The notes under the pieces: model-generated
The model's input: only the letters and a program-made list of their open reading frames with translations
Database searches by the model: none
What the model was told of the DNA's origin: nothing
Program-made: the position numbers and the translations under genes
Shown: one piece after another, positions 40,164-56,381 of the stretch
Layout of the letters: each line of letters begins with the position of its first letter
How positions within the stretch are numbered: position 1 is the first letter of the stretch
NCBI GenBank assembly: GCA_951406725.2
Contig: OX597815.1
Span: 38,192,001 to 38,256,000 of the forward strand
DNA from: Octopus vulgaris
Lineage: Eukaryota
Reading direction: 5' to 3'
DNA: 64,000 nt

Positions 40164-40375
40164 CAGTCATACTTTCGCGCATGCGCAGTTAGACGTTAGC
40201 GCATGCGCAGGCATACTTTCGCGCATGCACAGTCACACGTTCGCGCATGCGAACGCAAACTTTAGCGCATGCGCAGTCACACGTTCGCGCATGCGCAGTC
40301 ACACATTCGCGCATGCACAGTGACACCTTCGCGCTTGTCCCCTCTATGTTTAGCCCCCTATGAGCAATAGAGAAA
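40164..40375. repeat. ~22-bp minisatellite (CACACTTTCGCGCATGCGCAGT) plus shared tail, copy 1
   Basis: About 7 units, then cttgtcccctctatgtttagcccc.t.tgagcaata.agaaat. Confidence 0.9.
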
Positions 40376-40597
40376 TATATATATATATATATATGTAAGG
40401 CGTGGCTGTGTGGTAAGAAGCTTCCCAAGCACATGGTTCCGGATTCAGTCCCACTATGACACATTGGCCAAGTGTTCATGGCCTATTGAAGCTCAGTATT
40501 GAAGGAATATTCAATTAGCTAATGTTTGAGTAGATGGGCCAGCCAAACCAATGTCAGTGATCTTCATTCAGCTTGTGTCCATGCTCATCAATTACAA

Positions 40598-40806
40598 CCA
40601 CACTTTCGCGCATGCGCAGTCACACTTTCGCGCATGCGCAGTCACACATTCGTGCATGCGCAGTCACAAGTTCGCGCATGCGCACGAACACGTCGCGCAT
40701 GCGCACGCACAATTTAGCGCATGCGCAGTCACACTTTCGCGCATGCGCAGTCAAACTTTCGGGCTTGTCCCCTCTATGTTTAGCCCCCTGTGAGCAATAA
40801 AGAAAT
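40598..40806. repeat. Same minisatellite plus tail, copy 2
   Basis: Direct repeat of 40164..40375, separated by a family A SINE head (40398..40478) and a spacer. Confidence 0.9.
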
Positions 40807-40832
40807 ATATATAAATAGAAATTGGGAAAAAT

Positions 40833-40956
40833 ATCTTACAGCTGTTTCAGGCAAGAGGCAAAAATACCTCATTCTACCTTTATCCCTCCAGTGGACTGAA
40901 GTAATTACTAGATGAAATTGAGGTACTTGGGTGATTCTTTAGGCTTCTTCAGAGAT
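40833..40956 (-). ncRNA. Hammerhead ribozyme-like motif with intact core and long stem II
   Basis: atct CTGAAGA ...(tacctca/tgaggta)... GAAAC AGCT GTA agat. Confidence 0.65.
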
Positions 40957-41299
40957 TTTAGAAAGTACATAAGTTTAAGTTATAAATATAAATACACACA
41001 CATATACATACTTATACATATACATACATATACATAAATATACATAAATATACATAAATACATATAACTACACTTAAATGTACTTACATATTTGCCTGTA
41101 TACGCATACAAAAGAATCAATTATTCTTATTATTATTAGATGCATTATATTATTCATATTAGATAAAATATAAACAGAGGTATGAGAAAGTTATAAGAGA
41201 AGTAATATTGTAATTTATAAAATCAATATAATTAAAGTTATTTTTGTTATATAATAGTGAAACTATATAGATGAGGAACATATATACACACACACACAA

Positions 41300-41340
<41 letters not shown>

Positions 41341-41467
41341 CACATACATATTTCAAAACAATAGATGACCAATGAGATTACGTAACTGAACAAAAATAAC
41401 CCCTCCCCACTTCCCGCAGGATTTCAACTACTGCATAAAGAAAAAATAACGGAGAAATAAACATGTA

Positions 41468-41860
41468 TCTATATATATAAAACTGTAGTTGTGTGAGTGT
41501 CTGTCCCCTTCGATTTAGATTCCTAACTACTCCCACATTTTGCGGTGCAGTTTAACCAAAGCCAGGTATCTTATAGTCGTGATTCATATCGAGCTCTTCT
41601 GGGTATTAGCGCTTGTCTACGATGAGTCTACGATTTTAAAAATAATTTACCATCATTTTTTTCCATTTTCATGCATATTTTTTTAAAGGGAAGTAACTCT
41701 CTAAAAATGTCTACGATGAGTCAACGATTTAAAAAAAAATTTACCATCATATTTTTTCCATTTTTAATACATTTTTTGCTATTTTTTGGCTATAACTCTC
41801 TAAAAATGCTTTATAGTTATTTCCCTTATAAACCCGAGCAACGCCGGGCGATACTGCTAG
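41468..41860 (+). mobile_element. Non-autonomous Helitron
   Basis: A|TCTATATATATAAAAC...cccgagcaacgccggg cgatactgCTAG|T, with an internal direct repeat gtctacgatgagtc.acgattt. Confidence 0.9.
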
Positions 41861-42011
41861 TGTTTATATAAACATATATATAAGTTTATGTATTATTGTT
41901 ATAATTATATTATATAATTATAATGATACAAACTACTGCATTAATCCTCCCTTCTAAACCCATCTAATACGTATGTACCTATGAGTATGTTTGTGCGGAA
42001 ATATATATGCA

Positions 42012-42071
<60 letters not shown>

Positions 42072-42214
42072 ATTTATATATAATTTATTTCTTGTTGCAC
42101 CAATAATCCACTCACCTAGAAAAATGAGTAGTACGTATATTTCAAAGGACCAGTCTTGTCACATTCTACTAGTAGTAGTAGTATAATTATTATCATAGTA
42201 GTATATAAACGTAT

Positions 42215-45306
<3,092 letters not shown>

Positions 45307-45414
45307 AAGATACATATATACACAAATACATACATCTAAGTACACATCCGCATATACACATATATACATATACACAAATATATAAATCCATATAGATACG
45401 TACATAGACCCAGA

Positions 45415-45448
<34 letters not shown>

Positions 45449-45529
45449 CTCTATCTGTTTCTCTCTCACACACACATACAGACATATACATTGACATACT
45501 TATTCATGCATATATACATACATATATAC

Positions 45530-46490
45530 GCCTGGATTGTAAAGTTGAATGTCTAAATACATGCTATTCAGATACGGTTCTCTTTTAGTTTATGAGGTTT
45601 TACCCGAGTTGTGAGTGTTAGGCTTGCATCAGTTAGGTATGGTTTAGATTGCGGTATATGAATGTATTTATAGCTATATGCAGGCACCTGGGTAATTGTT
45701 CAGTAAATCTGTTTATAATGCGCTCGATAGTTAATAATAGTGAGAGTGACTCCCCGAAACATAGCTGGAATTTCTGGGATAATGTGTTATAGGGACTCGC
45801 TTGTCTTATTAGGAACCAGGTCAGGTCGTATTTTGCCTTCTCTTCGTTGAGCCTCCAGATAAAATCAGCCAGTGATGTTACCTGCTGCTTAAGGATTTTT
45901 CAAAAGTTGGCAACGTGATTGCGATATTGATTTTCGAATATATCGGTCGATACACCGATATCTACGTAGGGGTCTCCTCTAGTGTTTACTGTGTACTTAT
46001 ACACCACATTTCTAGTCATGCATTGATTGCCCAAGGGACATTTAGATCTGTTTCTGCATGAGCATAATTGGTTGGTTTTTGTTTTGTTTGTTTGTGTGCA
46101 GCGGGCACTAGATGAATTGGTTCTATACAGTATATTCGTGGTCATGTTTATCCTATTATTCTTACTGTTTGTGGGTACGCTAGTGTTGTTTGAATTGTTG
46201 CTGACGTAACCCATTGGTCAATTATTTTAGACATTGCTGTTGTTTTTTCTCGGTTGGTTGCTATTAAATTGTGATTCATTACCACTTTCATGCATTAATT
46301 GGCTGATATTTGCGTTGTCTCTAGGTTGGTTATATGAGTCAAGGTCAATTTTTGTGGGCTTATTTTGAGTGCAGTCTGTCATCTGTCTTAGTTTACGATT
46401 ATTAATCCTGTGAATGTGGTGCTTGATATGTGAGGAGTTAGCATAAGACATTTTTACACGTGTTATTCCTAATAAATATCTAATACGAAA
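45530..46490 (-). mobile_element. PLE 3' fragment (GIY-YIG endonuclease)
   Basis: RVKMSYANSS and CSCRNRSKCPLGNQCMTRNVVYKYTV...YVDIGVS...RNHVANF. Confidence 0.8.
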
Positions 46491-46553
46491 TCCATATCCT
46501 ACTATTAATACTACACACGCACACACACACACGCACACACGCACACACACACT

Positions 46554-46616
<63 letters not shown>

Positions 46617-46939
46617 CATATACATATATATATATACATATATAGACACAGCAACACACATCTTCACCTAACTTCACACCGTCAAATCTAGCTACAGGTA
46701 CAAACCTGTCAGAACACCTCCTTTACTCATACATGACTCACGTAGAGAGCAACACACACGTACACAGATACTACCGCGCGCGCACACACACAGACACACA
46801 CTGACCATTTTAGCACACTCCTGCCTTTAAAAACCACATTCTCCTCTTCCATTCACTTCAGTCATGTTATCACAAATGTGCTTGCCTTAGACTATTTTTC
46901 CTTTACGCCGGATATTCTCTCTTTCCTCTTTCTAACAAC

Positions 46940-47750
46940 GAGCCATGAAGACGGAATTTTGAAAAAAGAGATTCCTTAAGAAAAACTAATTACAATAACG
47001 TGGATTTGGGGAAGCAAGAATTTGCTTTCTGCGGTCAGTATGAAAGTTAGTTATCTATAAACGCAAGAAGAGACATTGCATTAGTATTGTGCGTGATGAT
47101 TTTGATGGAAAACTTGCAAAATCATTTAAGAACTGCTAGTGTCTTTAAAGGGTTGTCATCAACTATTCATAACGATTTATTTCATTCAATCGTACCAAAT
47201 TTAAAAAGGAAATTACCGAAAGTGTGTAAACCGCTATCTTAATGAACGAAACTTCTGATGGAAATTGTGTGTCTCAAATTTTATCTCTTAGGCGCTATGT
47301 TGACAGAAATGGACACATTTGTGAAAGATTTTTTCAGACATTAGTGAAGACTCTAGTTAACTGACATCAGTGAAGACTGACATTAAGTGACATTAGCGAA
47401 TACTGAAGTACTCAGGCTAGTTCACAACTAGCTATAAAGAATTTAGATGAGGTAGGCTGTTTAAAATATTTGGTTGCTTCAACACACGATCCTGCAGTTG
47501 ACGTGGCAAGCAAACTAGACAGTGTATTAGGGGATATTTAATCAATTTTATCCAAATTCTCTCAATTTCAGCTTCGTCTGTAGATAGTTCTTTCTCTGTA
47601 CCTAAAAGAAGAAAAAAATATATAGGCTTTATATCCAACGCCAAGAAATGCTGACGAACCTTACAATGGTCTCTAGTGCTAAAAAAGATCATAGCGTGAA
47701 GAAAATAACGGAGGAGAGGGAAGATATTTATTCCCTTGCTACGGAATTTT
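46940..47750 (+). mobile_element. hAT transposase relic
   Basis: LGKQEFAFCGQYES (cf. LAFRGHDE) and AILMNETSD...RYVDRNGHICERF (cf. DETTD...RYV...ERF). Confidence 0.65.
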
Positions 47751-48136
47751 CTTAGATGAGCTTAATTTTTATATTCATTCAATTTGCAAAACCATTGCAA
47801 AATAATGCCTGGTGTTTTGGTAATTTTGCAAATAAGCATGCATGTAAATAACAAAGTAATTCATTTTAAGAAGAAATAACTTCCAAAATATATATATATA
47901 TACAAAATTTCCGGAGATAGCAAGTGACCCGCACACATCATTTGTTTATAGTGATCAAATGTTCATGACGCATATCAGCTCACTCTAGGGGCACTCTGTG
48001 CCACGCGTCAGGTGTCGGGATGATCGCAAAGAAACGTGAGATGAAATGTGTTGCTCAAGAACAGAACCTACCACCCGTATAGGAATTGAAATCACACCCT
48101 AGCCACTAAGCCATGCTCTCTCTCCCCCTCTCTCTA

Positions 48137-48168
<32 letters not shown>

Positions 48169-48403
48169 GTTTTACAAATGTAACCAGTAAAGTTTCGCAT
48201 TTCCGTGTGAATCCACCTATGCAGTTCTTTCAGAATAAACACCAAGAAAAACAGAGATATTCCATACATGTAAAACTTCGTACGGTTTTCAGAATCATTT
48301 TCTGAAATCTAACTATTTTAATTAGAAATACATTCACCCCGCTAATAGTTTATTATCAGCGTCACCAAGATATTGTTTATTAATTTGTAATTAGATCATG
48401 TAC

Positions 48404-48484
<81 letters not shown>

Positions 48485-48684
48485 GTGTGTGCGCGTGTGT
48501 GTGTATGTTTGTGAGTGGCTTTAGCAAGTCTTTGCTAGATGGACTAGCCAAGAGGTCTTTTCTCCCTGAAAGCTTAATAATTATGTTGTATGTCTTTCTG
48601 ATATATATTGTACTAAGCATGTTCACCAGCTGTCAATCAAAAATCCTCTCTCTCTTCCTCCCTCCCTCTCTGTCTATCTGTCTG

Positions 48685-48729
<45 letters not shown>

Positions 48730-49742
48730 GTCTTTCTCTTCATTACCACTTTCTCTGTCATCATCCGCACCGACAACTCTTATTCACTTTACTATGATTT
48801 TTATTATTCACTTCTATAAAATCAGCATTAATATATTCCTCCTGAGAATTCCTATTAATTCTTAAGTTTACCTGTCATCACCATTTACCTTCATCACCAA
48901 TATCCTGACATACCAATAGTCATAAATACATAGTCTGAATTTCATTCTTATTTTCATCGTCATCAGCACCACCATCATCATCATCATCATCATCCCAAAA
49001 GCCATTATCACACATCATTAGTTATTTATTGCTCAGGAAATTTTTCATATATTTTTTAATATACGTCCCAGAATTAATATATTTTCCGGAGCTAATATCT
49101 ATAAACTTGAGGTCACTAATGTCACTAATCAATCTTCAGCGTCTTCGTAGACTAAGATAGGCATCTTTCAGTTGAACTAAGAGTTTTTATACATGTTCAC
49201 ATTCAGCATTATACTATACGATTCTATGAGTACTTTTTCTATGTGTTTGCATCACGTTCACTTGAGAATATATAGCATGTGCATGTATACACGCGCACAC
49301 ACACACACACACACACGCATATATATATATATACATACATACATATATGTGTGTGTGAATGTGTGTATGTGTGTGTTTACTGTATATGTATATATATAAA
49401 TCATATGAATTTGGATTGTACTTCATAATCTCATTTCGCTTTTTGCAACTAGAGTTTGAAGAAGAAGTAATATATTTGGCAGGAGTTCTCTCTGCTTAAT
49501 AGTTTCATTTTACAATTTCAATTGAAAATTTTGAAATTAACTTTTAGCGCAAAATTTTCTTGCAAACATCTAGAAAATTGCTGCACGTGAAAGTACTACT
49601 TTCAGCTGAAAGCAACTCAGAAAAATAAAAATCACTGAATAATCTTTGTTTCCATTAAGACTGGTTTTAGAAATGAATGATGAATCTTGATATAGATAGA
49701 TTTGTGTTTATTTGTGTCTATAACTAGATAGGTGGATAGATG

Positions 49743-49822
<80 letters not shown>

Positions 49823-50155
49823 GACAGATAGAGAGAGAGAAAGAGAGATGGGCAGACATATACATAGATAGAGAAATAGATAATTGCTTTTGGTCGTCAG
49901 CATAAGATATTCCTATCCAAGCAGTCACCACATCTAAACAACTGTACTAAAATACGCAGCGGCAGTTTTTAAAAAAGAAAACTATTTGCTAAGCAATTGT
50001 TCTTTACTATCGGCTTTAATTTACGATGGTAAACTGCGAATAACCCACCTTTATTATGTCAAATTTTCACTTTTACTAGTTATGAAATCAGTAACTCTTA
50101 TATAACTCTTATAAACTGACAAGCAAGCCAGCTTCAACCTAGGTAACCGGGTGAA

Positions 50156-50203
50156 AGCCACTGAGTAGCATTAATCAACTACGAAATCACAGGTGATCTG
50201 GCT
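50156..50203 (+). ncRNA. Type I hammerhead-like motif with a 3-nt core deletion
   Basis: agcca CTGA[tga missing] gtag..ctac GAAA tcac ag gtga TC tggct. All three stems pair. Confidence 0.65.
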
Positions 50204-50313
50204 ATGTCCAGGATGTTGTAGGGACCTTGTCTCCCTTGTCAGTCATAGAACAAGTGCTTTCTTATGGCTAAGAGTTGTTTTAACTCTTATTTCTAACTGG
50301 ATAGGTATGTATG

Positions 50314-50345
<32 letters not shown>

Positions 50346-50934
50346 GGTGCGAAATTGCGTTCGACCCTCAGGCCGATTTCTTATGTGGAGTTGCTTACCT
50401 TCTATGTTTGTTTTCCGTTCGTTTGTGCATTTACTATATATTTTTCTACTTATCAATCAATGGAACGCTACGTACCCTCGATTTTATTAACAAAGTGTTT
50501 ATATTCGCACGATTCCTGTTTTTATCTGTTCTCTGCCTTCTTTCCCTTTTTTCATCTCTCTTCCCTCTCTGCCCCTCTCACTTTTTTTCTTTCCTGCTAC
50601 CGACAAATTAATCAAGGTCATTCTTTTTTCATTTTCTCTTTCTTTCTTTTCCATGCCAACCGCTTAAGCAACCGGTGGTATTTTACCCTGATCTCCACTT
50701 CAACCTATTTCGCTGTCTGTTGTCCTGCTTCCAACCCTTTAGGGTTTTCCTCTCACTGTTATCCATAAGTGTGTCTCTGTCTGGCCTTATTTGTTTCGTC
50801 TTTGTCGCTCATCCGTTCACTAATAGTCTCGGCTTGAATCACATTTATTCATGTTCGTATCCCCACTTCTGTATGGTTTGTTTATCCATTTATTGCTTGT
50901 TAATTCTTTTCTTCTAATGTTTTTGTTCCCAGTT

Positions 50935-52330
50935 TCCGGCACATACATTAACATGAATCTTAACACAGAAAAATTAAAACCCCACCACAAACCAAACGAG
51001 AAAGCCTCGTACATAGACATAGGTTCCAACAACCCACCCATCAGCAGTAATTAAACAAATGGTTAACAACATTAGCAAGCACATCTCCAATTAATCCACC
51101 GACGAAGACACTTTGGAAAAAGGCACTCCATATTATAATGCCTCATTAGAAAGGTCCAACTTTAAGACTAGCATATACTACATTGAACCAAATATAAATA
51201 GACCAAGAAGACGCAGTGAGAGGAAAATCTTGTGACGTATCCCACCTTATAGCATGAATGTAGCTACTAAACTAGCTAGGGAATTCTTAAAACTACTCGA
51301 CCTCCACTTCCCACATTCACATATCTACCACAAGATCTTCAATATAAATACTGTTAAAGTTAGCTATAGTTGCCTCCCCAATATATGGCCAATGACACTT
51401 AATCACAATAAATATTAACACACCAGAAACACTCTAGAAAGACAATGCAACTGTAGATCCTCTAACCGCTGCCCTATAAAGAACAAATGTCTCGAGAAAG
51501 AACTCGTATACAAGGCCAAGATTATGAACGCCAATGGAATAGCAAAGACGTATATCGGAATGATGCGCGACTCGTTTAAGGAAGGAGATTCACAATATCT
51601 GGTGTCCTTCAGAGACAAAAATAAAAAAGAAAACATGCAGCATCCCTGTCAAATATGATATGAACATTGAAAGATGTAATAATCCACCCCCAGATAGAAT
51701 GGAAAATTATTACTATTGGGAAGATTATACAGAGGACGGGGTACAAAATGTGAACTCTGTATTACTAAAAAGTTAAACATTATACAATCAACAGACAACA
51801 TCCTAAACATTGGGGATGAAACCTTCTCTCCATGCATACACAAGCAACATTTTATACTTACATATTTAAAAGAAGAGCCACTATATGTGACAGCAATTCT
51901 ACCAAGAGAGCCCCTTCCCTAAACGTGAATTCTGAACACACATAGTGCACAAACTACACGCACAGAAGAAGTAAGCTTCAATGATGAACTACATCAGCAC
52001 ACCAATATCAGAACACCATGCCCAGAACAAAAACAAAATAATGCAAACAAATTGACCACACAACACTTTTACCAAAAGACAAATCCAAGGGAGACAAACA
52101 TCCAAAAGATGCAACCCAGGAGTAACGTCCCTTGATTCATTGATTCATTGTTTTATTCACGTGAATTCACGAAAATCTCAGCGGATTAAACGAAGCTGTG
52201 GCTGGCTTGAAAAATTTTTAAGACATAAGGATATTTTCCTACTTTTCTTAACATGAGACCAATGGTAGCGTTCATTCATAAATAAAGAAATTATATCCAC
52301 CAATGCGGTGTTAAGCACTCATTTCTATCG
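50935..52330 (+). mobile_element. PLE 3' fragment (RT C-terminus plus GIY-YIG), decayed
   Basis: KPNEKASYIDIGSNNPP, FNINTVKVSYSCLPN, CNCRSSNRCPIKNKCLEKELVYKAKI...KTYIGM and KCELCITKKL. Confidence 0.85.
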
Positions 52331-52359
52331 TTCGATATATATATATATGTATATATATT

Positions 52360-52404
<45 letters not shown>

Positions 52405-52703
52405 CCAAAAATGAGTTAAAGGAAAAAACAAACTTGGCAGTTTCCGTGTTTCCTCTTAGATTGGTTCCATATGCCGGCTAACTTCAATGGTCTTGTAACA
52501 ACAATGACACCAGAAAGTATATCTAACAGTGAGCAGTCGATGCAGTTAAAACGAGCGTAAGTCCATAAAGGAATGCTGTAAATAACTCATTAATAAAATT
52601 ATAGATGTAGAAAATCTCCGTTCTCCTTATCATTATTAATACTATATATATATATATACACACACACATACATATATATACATACACACACACACGCACA
52701 CAT

Positions 52704-52734
<31 letters not shown>

Positions 52735-52736
<2 letters not shown>

Positions 52737-53168
52737 AGAATTTTTTTGCGTAATACGATAAAAAACCAAGCCTGTGTAGATATTAGAGCATTTATACATA
52801 GAAGTTCTTACAGCTGTTTCTAGGATATTTATTAATTATATCCCTTCATCGGAGACGGTGTGAGGGGATGGTTAAGTAATAGTTTAGATGTAATTCAAAA
52901 TAGAGAGTGAGGTGGAGGAAAGAAAATAGATACAAGATATGTAGGGATATCATAGAAATCATACATCTATTTTCTTTCCTCCACTCCACTCTCTATTTTG
53001 TAACATATCTAAACTAACTATGACTTAACCATCATCTCACACCGTCTTCAATGAAGGGATATAATTAATAAACATCCTAGAAACAGCTGTAAGACCTTCT
53101 ATCTATAAATGCTCTAATATCTACACAGCCTTGGTTTTTTTTCTATCTTATTACGCAAAAATTCTTAT
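52735..53168. mobile_element. Fold-back element (~200-bp arms) with a hammerhead-like motif in each arm
   Basis: Arms 52735..52931 and 52965..53168. Motif gtct CCGATGA agggata..tatcct a GAAAC AGCT GTA aga at 52805..52856 (-), mutated copy at 53044..53095 (+). Confidence 0.85.
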
Positions 53169-53303
53169 ATACACACGCTGACATAGAACCATCATTGAAC
53201 CCCTCTTTGGCAAAATTACCGAGTCTGGAACTTAACTATGGTCTGTCTATAGCACTTATTCAACATTACCTGAAATCTTTGGATCTCAATGACACCATTA
53301 TCT

Positions 53304-53428
<125 letters not shown>

Positions 53429-53746
53429 GTAAGATTGTTAATTTAAAATAAAATAATGATTTTATCAAGTGGCCAGCATGCAAAAAATTACCTTCAAAGG
53501 TAATAATTATTAAAATTATAAATTAAGCTATCTACGAGATACCACCATGCTGAAAATAGCAGCCATGATCTGACTCTAAAACCACCTTAATTGTCCATAT
53601 CGCAAACACGGACAGAAAACAAAGAGACAAGATGAAGCTAGTAAAAAAATTACTGGATAATTCTAGATCCCGGATACCTGACTTTGCATTTAGGAATGCT
53701 TTGCCTCGTCAGTAGAATACACACAGAAAAGAAACATAAATGCATA

Positions 53747-53777
<31 letters not shown>

Positions 53778-53839
53778 ATATATATATATATATATATAAA
53801 TACAACATACGAATACTTACATATATATCTATCTATCTA

Positions 53840-53895
<56 letters not shown>

Positions 53896-53902
<7 letters not shown>

Positions 53903-54283
53903 GTGTATATTTAGGGATAACCACTAGGTGGATAAACAATATGCTAGAAAAAGATCAAATACGATCTAACTACAAAGAAAAGAATGTTCTCTGTTCTTTA
54001 GAGAAATTCAGCAAACAGTTTTACAAATTATATTGAATCGGAAAGATTGTACTAAAGTGTCTGCGGACGAAACATTTACGTAAGTAATTTATTGGTAAAA
54101 GACGAAACCGCATGCGATTAATTCTTGATTTTTATATATTCCCAGCTGTCTTGCCCGTTTATGTTCTGGTGTTTCCTGAATTTCTCTAGAGAACATTCTT
54201 TTCTTTGTAGTTAGATTGTATTTGATCTTCTTCTAGCATATTGGTTATCCACCTAGTGGTTATCCCTAAATATACGCATGTAT
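53896..54283. repeat. Fold-back element (~115-bp arms, ~150-bp spacer) beside (TA)n
   Basis: tttagggataaccactaggtggata...aagaaaagaatgttctct pairs with agagaacattcttttctt...tatccacctagtggttatccctaaa. Confidence 0.9.
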
Positions 54284-54421
54284 TGAAATGTTTCTGGTTT
54301 TTCAGATTTTTTATATATGCTAGGCTACTGGTTTTAAATTGATATTAATTAAATTAATATTCAATTTATCTCCCTCGTTATTTAAATATATATATAGATA
54401 GATAGATAGATAAAGGCAGAC

Positions 54422-54482
<61 letters not shown>

Positions 54483-54520
54483 TACATTCCTATATATATA
54501 AGTATATGCATATGTATGTA

Positions 54521-54683
54521 TTCTTTTATTCTTTTACTTGTTTCAGATATTTGACTGTGGCCATGCAGGAGGACGATCTTTAGTTGAACAAATCACCTCG
54601 GGACTTATTCTTTGTAAGCCTAGAACTGATTGAACCGATCTCTTTTGCCGAACCGCTAGATGACGAGGACGTAACGCACCAAC

Positions 54684-54715
<32 letters not shown>

Positions 54716-54879
54716 GTTGGTGCGTTTACCAAATACCAACTACCAAATCCACTTACAAGGTTTTGATCGGCCCGAGGCTATAGTAGAAGACACTTGTCCA
54801 AGTTGCAACGCAGTGGGACTGGATCCGGAACCATGTGGTTGGAAAGCAAGCTAAATTACCACACAGCCATTCCTCCGCC
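54521..54879 (-). mobile_element. SINE family A, diverged
   Basis: Reverse match to the family A head and tail, internal (TA)n. Confidence 0.8.
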
Positions 54880-54897
54880 TATGTATGTATGTATGTA

Positions 54898-54977
<80 letters not shown>

Positions 54978-55617
54978 AAAGAAGCTGTTCCACTACAATC
55001 TAATCAGTCTTGACTTCACTTATTAGGATACTCTGACAACGATTTAACTCGAATAGAAAACTCTGGTACACTTCATCGTTTCTTAGCGTAAATCGACTCT
55101 CTCGTCGCTGACACGTAACGAAAGATAATCTGTCTTTCTGCCCACAACCTTCGGAAAGAAAAAACAAACGTGCTATACTGTCTCCTTCATAAGCTCGTCT
55201 TCCTCGCATTCAGAATAATTTTTCTATCGTCTCAGCTTAAAAACCCTCACCGTTTGTTTTTACTGTTTTGTTCTCACTGTCCTGTTCCTGTTACCATTTT
55301 CACCCTCCGCAAAAAATCCCAAATTTTATTTAATTTGCTTTGCGGGAAGGATTGTTTCAACGAAGTCGCGTCTTGTCTTTGCCTTCGAGACGTGGAATAG
55401 TCGAAACAGGGACAACCGAAGAAGGGGAATATTCTTTATGTTGCATATCTCGTTTCTCTTGTTTTTTTTCGTTGTTCGAAAAAAAAGTTCGCTTCTATGT
55501 TTTTGTTTTTATGTTTTCGTTTCTCATTGTGTTCAACATTTTTTTATGTCCTGTACCCATATATGCATGTATATATACATATATTTATATATTATTTATA
55601 TTATATTATATTAATTA

Positions 55618-55649
<32 letters not shown>

Positions 55650-55771
55650 CGCACACGTATATATATATATATATATATATATATACGCACACGTATATAT
55701 GTATATATAAATATATATATATACGCACACGTATATATATATATATATATATATACGCACACGTATATATG

Positions 55772-55804
<33 letters not shown>

Positions 55805-56320
55805 CTATATATGTATATATATATATAAGTATACACACACTAACTGACTTTAACCTCATAAATGGCGCGGTTTACTTTCTAGAAATGGGAGCGTGAAACA
55901 AAATGCCAAATAACTTGTAACTCAACAGCCAGGTATTCATAGCCATACATGTGTAAATACTGATAAAGGAATAGTAGCGTAAGCTATAATGGCATTATGA
56001 AAGGTTGATTGTAGGAGAATGAGATGAGGTGCAAGTGGTAGTCGGGGGATAGGAAGAATATACTGAATAGCATATACTGGTTAACTTGTAGCAGATTATA
56101 TTGAAGTAGCCCTATAACGGAAGAAATAAAGAAACACAATTGGAAAAAAGGTGCGGTAGGATTGCAGTAAAAATTGATGTTTTTTAGTTTAATGAGAATT
56201 TAATGAGACTTGTAGAGTGCGAGAAATGTGGGAATAATGTGAGGAAAAAGAGATGAGAGAAAGAAAGAGAAAGTAAAAGAGATAAGAGGAAGGTGAGGCA
56301 ATACAAACAAAGAGAGAGAG

Positions 56321-56381
<61 letters not shown>

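Noticed and set aside
40164-40806. CRISPR-like array
   Set aside because: The units are contiguous with no unique spacers, there are no cas genes, and the context is eukaryotic.
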